NCBI RefSeq assembly: GCF_963921235.1
Contig: NC_086097.1
Span: 30,506,001 to 30,570,000 of the forward strand
From: Mobula hypostoma
Lineage: Eukaryota
Direction of reading: 5' to 3'
DNA: 64,000 nt
Under the pieces are notes generated by a model that saw nothing but the letters and a program-made list of their open reading frames with translations, made no database searches and was not told the origin of the DNA. The translations under genes were made by a program, and so were the position numbers. Numbering within the stretch: the first letter of the stretch is position 1; each line of letters starts with the position of its first letter. This document shows positions 35,641 to 49,331 of this stretch, in pieces.

Positions 35641-37884
35641 TTCAAATTCCTGAATTCCTAATCAGATTTAACAGTGACTATCTGACATGCACTACTAAAG
35701 GGCATAGCTTTAAGGAGAAAGTTTAATGATGTTTACAAAGCAGGTACAATGACAATGTTTAAGAGGCATTCCGACAGGCACGTAGGCAGGGAATGAGCCA
35801 CATGCAGGTAAGTGAGATTAATTTGAATTGGTATCATGGTTGGTATAGACACCATGGGCCAAGAAGGCCATCCTGTACTGTACTGTTTTACATGCAACTG
35901 AGAGAGAATATTCCAGTCTTCTACAATTATTAAGTCACCTCAACGCTCTCCAGAACTTTGTATTTTTAACAATAGCTTCCCCTCTCAATATTATAGATGA
36001 AGCTGTGGTTAATTGCCTCTTGCCAAATGGTTCAAACCACAGATGCTACACAGTGAACTTCTTACCTATAGTAGTAGTTTCCCCCCATAATTCCTCTTCT
36101 TCACATCTACCCTTTAAAGCATTTATAATCCATAAGGAGTAATAAATTAAAACCTCACCTTCCTTTGCTGTTCAGTACAGAACATGAAGGTCTGAGGCAA
36201 ACCTTTTAAGGATTAGCTTTCTATTTAATATGTACATCGAAACATCAAAATATACAGTGAAATTGTGTCATTTGCATCAGGGTCCGAGGATGTGCTTGTG
36301 ATAGCCCACAAGTGTCGCCATGCTTCTGTCACCAACAGAGCACGTCCACAACTTACTAACCCCATAATATGGACCATTCAGGAATCTGATGGCAAAGAGG
36401 AAGAAGCTGTTTTTAAAGGCAGGCACGTCCTGGCTCATGAGAGTCCTTAATGATGGATGCCGTTTCCTTGAGGCATCGTCTTTTGAAGGTGCCCTTGATG
36501 CAGTCTGACCTAGGGACATGATACTTCCATAGCAGTTCTCCAGTCAGGTTCATAGAATATGTTGTACAGTCGATGATGTACTGATCTTTTGGGCATTGTA
36601 TGCAACTAAGATTCTGAAAAGAAAACACATCTACCTTTTATATCCCCCAATACTTTCTCCCATTCACCTTAAATTTATGCCACCTCGTATTAACCATCTT
36701 GCCCTGGGAAAATGGTTATTCACTCGATCTATGTCTCTTATCATCTTGTACACGTCCACTAAGTCACCTCTCATCCTCCTCCATTCCAAAGAGCAATGCT
36801 CACTCAACAGTTCTTCATAAGACATATGCTCTGCAGTCCAAGCAGCATCTTGGTAAATGTCCGCTACACCCTCTCTAAAGCTTCCACATCCTTCCTATAA
36901 TGAGGTGACCAGAACCGAACACAATATTCCAAGTATGATCCAACCAGATTTTTATAGAGCTGCAGCTTTACCTCGCGGCTGTGAACTCAATCCCCTGACT
37001 AATGAAGGCCAACAGAGCATACACTTTCTTAAACCTATCAATTTAAGTAGCAACGTTGAGTGATCTATGGACGTGGACCTCAAGGTTTCCACTGCCCTTT
37101 CAATTAAGTGAAAGGTGCCTGGAACATGAGGAATCACACAAAAGGACAGCAGGAAAAGAAGAAAATATAAATTCTCATCAACATCAAGGGCACTAACCTT
37201 ACAAATAAGGGAGTAACTGGATTATTATTTGATAACTTTACATTGTTTTTAGTTTTCCTACAAACTTTCCAGGAAGTTCTGCTGAGAAGACATTTTTTTG
37301 CCTTTCAGCCAGAACGGAAATATTAAGGAATTGTGAAACAAAACAAGTATCAGAGCTTGTTATTTTCTCAAGACAGCCAGGCACACCACACCCAACCAGC
37401 AGCAGAAAGCAACAGAGACAGATTTAAGACAGCCACAAATTTCAACGGTTCTGTGGCCTTAACAAAGCAGACAATGAAATAAACAATGCGTTTCCGCATA
37501 CTTCCCTTAGTCTCCCACTTCCCACATGGAGACTCGACTCTGCTGCATCAAACAATATACACTGTTGGACTCTGGGATTGTGCCTTGCTTGAGTACATTA
37601 ATCCATGATGATATTAGTCCAATATTGAGGGAATGGCACTATCAGTTGAGAAATCAAACCACAACTAAAAAGCATCAAGAGTTTTCTTCTAGTACCCGCA
37701 ACCAGTATCACGAATACATTCATTGTAGTGTGAGAGACAGGGTCACTGTGACAGAGTTGTACAGCACGAAGTGTGTCTTAGTCGAGATGGACCAGTTGGG
37801 CCAAATGGCCTGCTTCAGTGTTGCCTAGCTCCTTGACTAAATTGACTTAGTTGATCTTGGCTTGAAAGCGTCTAATGCTTTGGG

Positions 37885-38615
37885 GTGGCAGAGTAATATA
37901 GCGCTTAGCCTAACACTGTTATAATGCTAGCAACCCAGGTTCAATTCCACCTCTCTCTATCAGCAATTAGTATGTTCTCCCTATAACTGTGTGGGCTTCC
38001 TCTAGGTATTCTGGTTTCCTCCCATATTTGAAAGACGTATGGTAAACTGATCATGTGGGTGTAACTGACCAGGCTTGTTGGGCCAGAAGGGCCTGTTACC
38101 GTGCTGCATCTCCAAATAAAAAATAAATAAAAGCAGGCCAATCAGCCCAATGGTCCATGTTGACAAAGATGCACTATCCAAGCTAGATGCCAATGTTTGG
38201 CCATTAATCTCCAAAACTTTTCCAATCCATGTGCTTGTCTTACAAGTTGTTCCTGAACTTGCCTCAACCACTTCCTCAGGCAGCTCATTCCATAAAGAAT
38301 AAGGTGGTACAGCAGTGTAGCAACTAGCATAATGCTTTACAGTGCCAGCACTCAGGGTTCAATTCCCACCATCGTCTGCAAGGAGTTTACACGTTCTACC
38401 CATGACTGCTTGGGTTTCCTCTGGATGTTCCCATTTCATCCCACATTCAAAAGGTGTACAGGTGAGTAAATTGTGGCCATGTTAGCACCTGAGGCATGTG
38501 ATTCTTGCAGGCTGCCTTCAGCGCATCCTTGGACTGTGGACTGTGTTGGTCATTGATCCAAATGGCAGATTTCACTATGTTTTGATGTACACATAACAGA
38601 TACAGCTATTCTTAT
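37885..38615 (+). mobile_element. Two V-SINE/HE1-type SINEs (37885-38125 and 38303-38615) separated by a CR1 3' remnant
   Basis: Both have a ggttcaattcc B-box and the tgggtttcctc..ggt domain. Confidence 0.7.
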
Positions 38616-39407
38616 CTTTAATTTTTAAAAATTCTAACACAGGCAATTAGAATTAGCGTAGATGAGCAAAAATGTCTATATGGACATGATGGGCCAAAAA
38701 GGCTTTCTTCTGTGCTATACAACTCCCTGACTAACAGCAAGCAGGTCCTGAAAGATGCCATTGCCCATGTGGGGTACATAGCATAACACAACATGGAAAC
38801 AGGCCCAACTTGTCCATGCCGACCATATTGCTCACCAAGCTGGTCCCACTTTATCTGCATTCAGCCAATATCCCTCCAAACCTGTCCTATCCAAGTAACT
38901 GTCAAAATTCCTTTTAAATGTCATAATTGTACCCAACTCTACCACTTCCTCAGGCAGCTCATTTCATATACCCATCACCCCATGTGTGGGAAAATTTGCC
39001 CCTTGGGTCCCCTTTAAATGGCTCCCCTCTATAGAGAAAGAGCTAATCTTGGATCAAAAATCAATGCGTGTGGGTATCAAATGACAACCGGATTGGAACC
39101 AGTGGTGAGGGCAACAGCCAATGGCCTCACAACATTCATCCAGAATCACACATACAACATAGTAAACCTTACATTGGAACAAGGCCATTTTTCCAATTAA
39201 GGCTTCTTGCATAATTGAAACAACCATCAGGTTTCTCCTTCTTACACAGAGTCATACAAGCATAGAAACAGACCCTTTGGCCTCAACGTCTGTGCCAGAC
39301 TTTAGGTCCTGAGCTTGAAGAAGCGCATTACCCAGCATTCATTCATAAACCTTCTTCTGTGCCAAGGCATTTCAAGGGCTTATCCGAATGTTTTGAATCC
39401 TTCTGAA

Positions 39408-40195
39408 AACATAGAAAACCTACAGTACAATGCAGGCCCTTCAGCCCACAATGCTGTGCCGAACATATACTTACTTTAGAAATTACCTCAGGTTACCCAT
39501 AGCCCTCTATTTTTCTAAGCTCCATGTACCTATCCAGGAGTCTTTTAAAAGACCCTATTGTATCCACCTCCACCACTGTTGCTGGCAGCCCATTCCACAC
39601 ACTCACCACTCTCTGTGCAAAAAAACTTACCCCTGATATCTCCTCTGTACCTACTTCCAAGCACCTTAAAACTGTGCCCTCTCGTGCTAGCCATTCCAGC
39701 CCTGGAAAAAAGCCACTGACTATCCACACGATCAATGCCTCCCATCATCTTATACACCTTTATCAGGTCACCTCTCATCCTCCGTCGCTCCAAGGAGAAA
39801 AGGCCAAGTTCACTTCACCTTTTCTCATAAGGCATGCTCCCCAATCCAGGCAACATCCTTGTAAATCTCCTCTGCACCCTTTTTATAGTTTCCACAACCT
39901 TTCTGTAGTGAGGTGACCAGAACTGAGCACAGTACTCCAAGTGGGGTCTGACCAGAGTCCCATGTAGCTGCAACATTCCCTCTCAGCTCTTCAACTCAAT
40001 CCCACAGTTGACGAAAGCCAATATGCCGTATACCTTCTTAACCACACAGTCAACCTGCACAGCAGCTTCAAGTGTCTTACGGACTTGGACCCCAATTTCC
40101 CTCTGATCCTCCACACTGCCAAGAGTCTTACCATTAATACTATATCCTGGCATCATATTTGACCTATCAAAATGAACCACCACACTCTCAGACAG
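39408..40195 (-). mobile_element. CR1 3' fragment, relatively well preserved
   Basis: RRRMRGDLIKVYKMMGGIDRVDSQ; FFAQRVVSVWNGLPATVVE...FKRLLDRYM. Confidence 0.9.
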
Positions 40196-40309
40196 TGCTT
40201 TCCAGATTTCAGTCACCTTCCAGGTGATACTTCAGGTTCCTCTGAATCTCCTACCCTTTCAAACACAGCTCCAGCACATCACAGAAAACAGCCTTCCCTC
40301 CATGGAAGG

Positions 40310-40403
40310 CACACAAAATGTTGGAGGAACTCAGCAGGCCAGGCAGCACCTATGGAAAAGAGCAAACAGTCGACGTTTCGGGCTGAGATCCTCCACCAGA
40401 ACT
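40310..40403 (-). mobile_element. Penelope terminal module with mutated hammerhead core
   Basis: cacaaaatgttggaggaactcagcaggccaggcagc...cagtcgacgtttcgggctgagatcctccaccagaact. Confidence 0.75.
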
Positions 40404-40939
40404 TCACTCCATAGACTTCTCACTACCTCAGTAAAGCAGCCAGCATAATTAAAGACCCCATCAACCTCAGATGTTCTCTCATCTCCTCCCTTCCATCAGA
40501 CAGAGAAAAAACTGAGAACACCATACCACCAGTGTCAATGACAGCTTCCATCTTGAATGGCCTAATTTTGCTTCTATGTCTTCTGGTCTCTGTTTATATT
40601 CTTTACCTTTAATCTTTATCACCAGCCCCCAACTAATTCTCCAACTGCAGTGTTGAAATCTTCAGAAACTTTCTAACTAACGTAATATGCCACGGGAAGG
40701 AAAAAAAAGAGAAGTGCTTGGGGAAAAAAGCTGGAATGTGCTGGGGGAGGGGGTTTAGAATGGAAACTGATGGGCGAGAGGCAAGGTACAGGGAAGACCA
40801 TTAACACTATTAGAACAGAATTAGGCCATTTGGCTTATCGAGTCACTCCACGGACAACTTATTATCCTTAAGCCCATTCTCCTGCCTTCTCCCCATAACT
40901 TTTGACACCCTTACTAATCAAGAAGCAATTCTTCAATAG

Positions 40940-42835
40940 GTTTGACAATTGCTCTCTTGTTCACACCCCCCTCGGCAAACAGGCCCAAGTGCCAGGGCAC
41001 CTCAGCAACAACACCTCCCCCACTCCCCCACCTCCAATTCAATACGTGGATGAACAACACAGGCTACCTCTGTCTACATCCACTTCTTGCCCTGCACTTA
41101 CTATCCACACCTCCATATACCAACAATCATCCCAATCTTCAATTTCCCCAGCCCCCACCTTCCATCAACTCCCCCGTCATCATGGACTCACCTTCACTAC
41201 TGAGCAGGTGAGAAGGGCTCTGGGGAAACTCAAGACACACCAAAGCATTGGGACCGGATAGTGTGAAACCCAAAGTCTTGAAGGAGTGTGCTGAACAGCT
41301 CTGTTGAGTTCTTCAGTGCATTTTTAATCTGAGTCTCAGCCTGGAAAGGGTCCCAACCGTGTGGAGACATTACGTGTGGTCCCAGTGCCCAAGAAGGGCC
41401 AACCAAAAGTCTTGAATAACTACTGTCCAGTGACCCTGACCTCACATATCTTGATGATCCTTGAGCGCATGATTCTTGTGCACCTCCAACCACTGGTCAG
41501 AGTCACTCTCAATCCCCTGCAGTTTGCTGGCCAGGAGTACACTGGAGTCAACAATGCTCTCATCTATCTCTTGAACAGAGCCTGCTCCCAGTTGGATAAG
41601 CAGGGCAGCACTGTGAGACATTGTTTTTAATTTCTCAAGTGCCTTCAATATCACACAGCCCTCATTGCTCCATTCAACCAGGTTGGCACTTCCATTGCAT
41701 CCTGGATCATGGACTACCTGACTGGCAGACCACAGTTTGTGCAGCTTCAGAGTGGTGTGTCAGACATGGCTATAAGCAGCACTGGGCCCCACAAGGGACT
41801 GTATTGGCTCCCTTCCTGCTTACCCTGTATACCTTGGACTTGAGATACAATACTGAGCAATGTCATCTGCAGAAATTCTCTGATGACTCAGCAATAGTTG
41901 GGTGTATAAAGGGAGGATGGGAGGATGAATACAGGGCTCTGGTGGAAGCTGAATCATCTGCAGCTCAATATCAGTAAGGCGATGGCAATGGCCTTTAGGA
42001 AGACTAAGCCTGCACTGCTCCCTGTTACTATTGATGGTGAGGACACTCATGTGGTGAGGACCTACAAGTAGCTGGGGGTACACCTGGATGACAGACTTGA
42101 GTGGAGCACCAACACACAGGCTGTGTACAAGGGCCAGAATCTTTCTCATCAGTTTATAGAGCCTGTTGGCATCACCCAAGTTGATGCCATTGCCCCTGCA
42201 CACCACCACATAGAAGATTCTGCTGGCGACAACAGGCTAGTAAGAACATGTGAAGGAGAGGCCTGCATTCTCCAAAGGACCTCAGTCTCTGCTTCCTGAG
42301 GAGACTGAGGTCCTTTGGAGGATGCAGGCCTCTCCTTCACATATTCTATCAGTCTGTTGTCGCCAGCACTATCTTCTATGTGGTGGTGTGCAGGGGCAAT
42401 GGCATCAACACCGGTGATGCCAACAGACTCAATAAACTAATTAGAAAGGCTGACTGTTATAGGAGTCAAACTGGACATGCTGGAGGCTGTGGTAGAATAA
42501 AGGACCCTATGGAAAATCCTGGCAATTCTGGACAATGTTTCTCACCCTCTGCATGCCACCTTGGCTGAACAGAGAATACAATACTCAATATACAATACAA
42601 TACAGACTAAGACAACTGTGCTGCTCCAAAGAGCGCTATACATGGTCATTCTTACCCTCAGCTATTAGGCTCTATAATGAGTCAACCTATAGCTAGGGAA
42701 GTGATAACCTCTTCCAGTTAAACTGTTTGAGACAACTTTTTTTTATTATTTCATACTTCTCTTATATTTGTATAGCCATGCACTTGTAATGTTACTGTAA
42801 TACTTATTTCCTTTGGGATCAATAAAGTATCTATC
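40940..42835 (+). mobile_element. Rex1/Babar-type LINE, 5'-truncated and degenerate, inserted in a CR1 3' end
   Basis: VVPVPKKGQPKVLNNYCPVTLTS, APQGTVLAPFLLTLYT, LQKFSDDSAIVG. Ends aataaagtatctatc. CR1 3'-end sequence (minus strand) lies at 40810-40925 and resumes at ~42830-42965. Confidence 0.88.
42141..42448. repeat. Fold-back inverted duplication (~149-bp arms, 11-nt spacer)
   Basis: 42141-42289 is the reverse complement of 42301-42448, with scattered mismatches. Confidence 0.92.
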
Positions 42836-44314
42836 AACCTCTGCTTTAAAAATACCCAATAACTTGGCCTCTATAGCCATCTGTGACAATGAATTCCACA
42901 GATTTACCACCCTCTGGCTAAAAAAATTTCTCATTTCTGTTCTAAAGGGATATCCTTCTATTCCGAGGAAGATTAGGACCAACAGATATCTGAAGAGCTG
43001 GCACAAGTTTGACAGGCTGAGTGGCCTCTCCAAACACATGTATTAATACCAATAGAACCATTAATCCCTTTTTGACAGGTACTAATCCTGTTCCTTTGTC
43101 TGAGCCAGAACTTGCTCAGGTACCTTGCAGCTGGCGTGCACAGAAATTGAATCTAGCATAATACTATTGACCAAAGGACTGAAGTGATAAAAATCTCCTT
43201 TCATGATTGTTCTGTAATTAACAGGACCGTTCAATTTTTTTTATATATTAAAAAAAGCTTCCTTTTTCTTTTCATCCCCACAAATGCCATCCTTGATGAT
43301 GGCTCTCCTCCTGCAACCTATTTCATAGAAGACTCACCACACATTCTTTCCTCCAGTTCACTCTCATTTTGGATCCTAAAACTAGCACACAGAACAGTAC
43401 AGGCCTTTCAGTCCACAATGTTGTGCAAACCCTCTAACCTACTCTAAGATCAATCTAACCCTTCCCTCCCTCATTGCCCTCCATTTTTCTATTATCTGTG
43501 CGCTCATCCAAGAGCCTCTTAAGTGTATCTAATGAATCTGCTTCTATCACCACGCCAGCACCACATTCCACATGGAGAACATTTCTCTCTCACCACTACC
43601 AGGTTACTCCCCATTACCATTAAAAACAGCACTTAAACAATCAACTATATTAGCACCAGAGGACAGATGGGACCTCTTGGGATAAAACCCAGCTTCCAAG
43701 TGTAGCACCCTCTCAGTACAGTCACCTTGGATTGTCTTGTACTTTGAGCACAGGCTGGAATTCAAAGTTTAAAGCAAATTTATTTTCAAATTGCAAATGT
43801 TATCCTATACAAACTTGAGATTCATTTTCTTCAAAACATTTACAGGAAAATAATAAAATACAATAAAATTAATGAAAAACAGAAGAATGACCAAAAGAAA
43901 TCGTACAAGTCAAAAAAATAAATAAGTAAATAAAAAGTACTGAGAGTGAGTTGCAGAGTCCTTAAGAAAGAGTATTGTAGGTTGTTGAATAGGTTCATAG
44001 TTGAGGTGAGTGAAGTTATCCACGATGGTTGCACAGTAATAATTGCGCTAGAACCCAAGGCTCCTGTACCTCCAGCCCCATGGCAGTAGTTAGTGAACAT
44101 ATTGTCAACGGTAGGAGATGAGAGTATAATTCACCCTCCAATCCTCAATGATAAATGCTTTGCATTTTTTATGTTGCAAGAAAAGTTTATTTGACATTGT
44201 CAAAGACTCCCTTAACACCGTTAATGATGCCTTCACAACCCAACCACCAGCCAGCCATACTAGCTTGCATGATTCAACAGTAGGTTTCCCAATCCAATCA
44301 TCCAAGGCAACATA

Positions 44315-45910
44315 CTGTGCCTATACAAAGTATTCACCCCACCCCTGGAAATTTTCAAGTTTTATTGTTTTATAACATTGAATCACAGTGGATTTAATTT
44401 GGCTTTTTTGACACTGATCAACAGAAGACTCAAGTGCCAAAGTGAAAACAAATTTCTACAAATTGGTCTAAATTTATTACAATTATTAAGCACAAAATAA
44501 TTGACTGCATAATTACTCGCTCCTTCAAGTCAGCACTTAGTAGACGCACCTTTGGCAGCAATTATAGCCTCAAGTCTGTGTGGATAGGTCTCTATCAGCT
44601 TTGTACATCTGAACACTGCAATTTTCCCCCCATTCTTCTTTACAAAACTGCTCAAGCTCTGTCAGATTGCATGGGGATCATGAGTGAACAGCCCTTTTCA
44701 AATCCAGCCACAAATTCTCAATTGTGTCCAGGTCTGGACTCTGACTTGGCCACTCCAAGACATTAACTTTGTCGTTTTTAAACCATTCCTTTGTAGATTT
44801 GGCTTGCTGGAAAACAAATCTTCTCTCAAGTTGCAGTTCTAGCAGAGCACATCAGGTTTTTCCTCCAGGATTTCCCTGTATATTGTTGCAATCATTTTAC
44901 CCTCTACCTTCCCAGGTCTTCCAGGGTCTGCTGCAGTGAAGCATCCCCACAGTATGATGCAGCCACCACCGTGCTTCATGGTAGGGATAATGTGTTTTTG
45001 ATAATGTGCAGTATTTGGCTGACGCCAAACAAAGCGTTTAGTCTAAAAAAAAGCTCAACTTTGGTTTCACATAGAATGTTCTTCCAGCTGACTTCAGTCT
45101 CCCACATGCCTTCTAGTAAACTCTAGCCAAGATTTCATGTGTTCCCACCCCCAGTGGTTTTCTCTGTCACTCTCCCATAAAGCTGCAACTGGTGAAGCAC
45201 CCAGGCAATAGTTGTTGTATGCGCAGTCTTTCCCATCTCAGCCACTGAAGCTTGCAACTCCTCCAGAGGTGTCATAGGTCTCTTGGTGGCCTCCCTCACT
45301 AGTCCCCTTCTTGCACGGTCACTCAGTTTTTGAGGACTGCCTGCTTTAGGTAGATCTACAGCTGTGCCATATTATTTCCATTTCTTAATGATTGACTTAA
45401 CTGTACTACAATGGATATTTAGTGACTTGAAGATTTTCTTGTATCCATCTCCTGACTTGTGCTTTTTAATAGCCTTTTTGAGGAATGGTTTGGAGTGTTC
45501 TTTTGCCTTCATAGGGTAGTTTTTGCCAGGATACTGACTCACCTGCAATCGGACCTTCCAGATACTGGTGTATTTTTACTACAATCAATTAACACACCTG
45601 ACTGCACACAGGTCTCCAAAAACAAATCTCCATTTAACTATGTGACTTCTAAAACCAATTGGCTGCACCAGTGATGAATTGGTATGTCATATTAAAGGGG
45701 ATGAATACTTATGCAATCAATTATTTTGTGTTTTATATTTGTAAGTAATTTAGATCTCTTTGCAGAGATCTGCTTTCACTTTGACGAAAATGTCTTTTTC
45801 CGTTGACCACTGTCAACAAAAGCCAAATTAAATCTACTGTGATTCAATGTTGTAAAACAATAAAACATGAAAATTCCAAGGGACTGAATACTTTTTAAAC
45901 ATCGGCACTG
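44315..45910 (-). mobile_element. Tc1/mariner DNA transposon, full length (~1.6 kb), decayed transposase (resembles the Passport/SSTN-type lineage)
   Basis: Long (~200 bp) inverted terminal repeats (ctgtgcc...aagtattcacc...acattgaatcacagtggatttaatttggcttt / aaagccaaattaaatctactgtgattcaatgt...tgaatactt...ggcactg), with TA at the left end. Minus-strand remnant GYKKIFKSLNI..STVKSIIKKWK*YGTAVDLP..G.PQKLSDRARRGLVREATKRP and a [13 protein letters not shown] region. Confidence 0.9.
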
Positions 45911-48614
45911 TCGTTCAGTTCATTCAATTCAATTACATACCTGTATGTTAGATCACTAAGCCACTGCATGCAGAAAGATTAAACATCACTATCAGGAGAA
46001 AATCATAGGTCTGGAAGCCTTTATTAAAGAATAGTTAAACACAGAATAGTACAGGCCCTTTGGCCCAGAATGGTGTGCTGACCCTTTTAACTGACTCCAA
46101 GATCAATCTAATGCTTCCTTCCCACATAGACCTTTATTTTTCTTACACCCAAGAGTTTCTTACCTACCTCAACCACCACCCCAGCAGGGTGCTTCGTGCA
46201 CCCACCACTGTGTGTGTGTAAAAAAAAAACTACCCATGACATCTTTCCCTCTCTTTCCTCCAATCACCTCAAAATTATTTCCCTGGTATAAGCCATTTCC
46301 TTCTGGGAAAAAAGAATGTGGCTATCCACACGATCGATGCCTCTTATCATCCTCTACTCCTCTCACCCTCCTTCACTTCAAAGACAAAGACCTAGCACGC
46401 TCAACTTATCCTCATAAGAAAAGCTCTCTAATCCAAGCAGTTTCTGGTAAATCTCTGCAGCAGTCACCTTACCCATAACAAACCCAGGTAGAATGCTCAC
46501 AATGCCCTGCAGAGTGTTGTGGAAGGACTGAAACGTACTTCCTGAAAATGGCATCACAGGTAGTAAAGGAAGTGAAAGTGGTGTTCAGCACACTGGCCTT
46601 CATCAAACAGGGATTGTGAAAGGTGCTTTCTGTTCTGAGTGTTTGCAAACTAAATTAGTTCAGTAGGCACATTCCTGGACAGGTGATTGTTACCTTCCAG
46701 TCTCTGCTCCTGCATTTTCAGAGACTGGCATCTTGGCAATCTTTAACCAACCACCCAGTTGAGAGAAACAGTGCAATAATTGGTAAATTGTGTACAGTTT
46801 AGGGTTAGTGAGTTGCTGAGCCATACATAATAAATCTAGAATTGGTAAACTGGTTTATTATTATAGGAAGGAAGTAGACACTTTAGAGAGTGTGCCGAGG
46901 AGATTTACCAGGATACTGTCTGGATTAGAGAGCATGTCTTATGAGGATAGGTTGAATGAGATAAGGCTTTTCTCTTTGGAGTGAAGGAGGATGAGAGGTT
47001 ACTTGATAGAGGATTACATGAGTGGACAGTCAAAGACTTTTTCCCAGGGCAGAAATGAGTAATACCAGGGGGCATAATTTAAAAGTGATAGGAGGGATGC
47101 CAGAGGTAGGTTCTTTACACAGAGAATGGTGAGTGCAAGGGTAGTGGTAGAGGCAAATACATTAGGGGTTTTAAGAAACTCTTAGAAAGGCAGATGGCTC
47201 ATAAAAAATGGAGGGCAATGTGAGAGGGAAGGGTTAGACTGACTTTCGAGCAAGTTAAAAAGTGAGCACAACATTGTTGTGGAACCTGTAACTGTGTTGT
47301 AGTGTTTTATGTACTATTGTCACATGTACCAAGGCACAGTGAAGAACTGTTTGGCATGCCATTTGTTCAGAACATCATCACGTCAGTGCTTTGAGGTAGT
47401 ACAAGAAATTATAGTAATAGTACACAGAATAGACTGATAAGAGATTAGCTTTAATTGCCACATGCACATTGAAACATAACATGAAATCAAATCAGCGAGG
47501 ATTGCTCTGTGGACAGTCCACAATAGTCGCTACACTTTCGACACCAACATAGCATGCTAACAACTCACTAACCCTAACCCATACATCTTTGGAATGTGGG
47601 AGGAAACAGGAGTATCCGATAGAAACACACCAGGGGAAGAATGTATGAACTCATTACAGGTGACTGCTTGGCGATGTAAAGCGATGTATTAACTGCTATA
47701 CTACTGTGCCCATCCTATGGTTAGAGAAAGTGCAGTGTAGGCAGACAATAAAGTGCAAGGTCACAATGAGGGAGATTGAAGACAAGAATTCATCATGTCT
47801 GCTTGATTTATCTTAATAACTTGCAGGATTTTACACTCCCTTGTCTCAACAATAGCTTAAAAGGAACAATCAATCCATTATTTTGCACTCTGGATCTTTG
47901 CAACTCAAGTAGATTCTCAATAATTTATGTTCTGTACAAACACTGGCTCATTTAAGAATTATCACAACAGCTAACTCTACCTCAGAAATAAATAAAATCA
48001 TTACAAGAATCAAGACAAATTAAACATTTTTCATTTACCTGCACTTTTAAGAAATATTAATTGACATAGCATCCACTGTTCTCGAGAAGATAGTGGGTAG
48101 CCATTCCTTCTAGTGAAGGCACTCTCAAATTTGATGCTAAGTTTCAGCAGTTAGAGCCAGCACCAACAAAGGAATGGTAATACATCTCATATCAGGATAG
48201 TGTGGGATTTGGAAGCTCACTTTTGGAATTCTGCCCTTCTCAATTCATACACAAACCAAGGCAGAAATGAAGTTGTGAAACCCAGTGATAGCTGGGCAAA
48301 TATTAGAGAGGGTACAAGAAAGATTCACAGATACATTGCCTGAGCTGAAGCTTTTGAGTTTAAGGAGAGAAGAGATAAGCTGGGGCTGGTTTTCCTGGAG
48401 CAAATGAAGATGAAGAATGATCTTTGTAGATGTTTATAAAATCAATGCACGGTCACAGTCATCTTCCAGAGTTGTCTAATACCAGAGGGCATTGGCTTAA
48501 GGCAAGAGAGAGAAGATTTTAATGGGCCCGGGGGGGGGGGGGGAGGCAGCTTTCCCACATAATGGGGTATATGGAATCTACTGTCAAAGGAAGTGGTAGA
48601 GGAAGGTACAATTA

Positions 48615-48760
48615 CAATGGGTTAAAGACATCTAAAGGTAGATGGATAGGAAAGGTTCAAAGTCCAATGTAAAAGGAATCTAGATGGGTATACGGATAGG
48701 AAAGATACAAAATTCAATGTGAAATACACCTCGACAGGTATGTGGATAGGAAAGGTTCAA
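48615..48760 (+). repeat. Diverged tandem triplication with 50-bp period inside a CR1 3' end
   Basis: ggataggaaag recurs at 48644, 48694 and 48744; caatg recurs at about the same spacing. Confidence 0.8.
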
Positions 48761-49152
48761 GGCTGAGAGGGATATAGGCCAAATGCTGGGAAATGGAACA
48801 AGCTCAAATAGACAACCACTGGTTGGCATGAACAAACTGGGCCAAAGGGCCCGTTTCCATTGTGTATAACTATAAATCTAAAAGTTGAGAGCAGCTATGA
48901 AATAGGATACAGTCCACTCAGATGTAAATATAGGCAACTGGAGAAGGGCCAGTGTCATTGGGATGCAAACAGATCTGGTCCACATAATCTGAAATTAAAC
49001 CTTGGCAGGTACAAGTGTAATTGAACAATAGAAGCCCTTTAACACAGATATTTCAACTGCAGACTAGGTATATTCCTCAAACAGATATTAAGTTGAGGTT
49101 TGATGTCTTATGTTTTATGTTACATGCAGCACAAGAGAATGAGAGGTGCAAT

Positions 49153-49331
49153 CACAAACAAGAGAAAGTCTGCAGATGCTGGAAATCCAAGCAACACAAA
49201 AAATGCTGGAGAAACTCAGCAGGCCAGGCAGCATCTATGGAAAAGTATAGCTGGCATTCGGGCAGAGACCCTACATAGGCCTGAAACATTGACTATACTT
49301 TTTTCTATAAATGCTTCTGGCCTGCTGAGTT
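49153..49331. mobile_element. Palindromic Penelope-derived mini-element
   Basis: The left arm carries the tail (acaaacaagagaaagtctgcagatgctggaaatcc...cagcaggccaggcagcatctatgg...ttcgggcagagaccct). The inverted arm follows (ggcctgaaacattgact...tggcctgctgagtt). No TSD seen. Confidence 0.75.

Noticed and set aside
48529..48545. Poly-G run as a functional motif
   Set aside because: It is a simple homopolymer expansion within a CR1 remnant, and its length may be a sequencing artefact.
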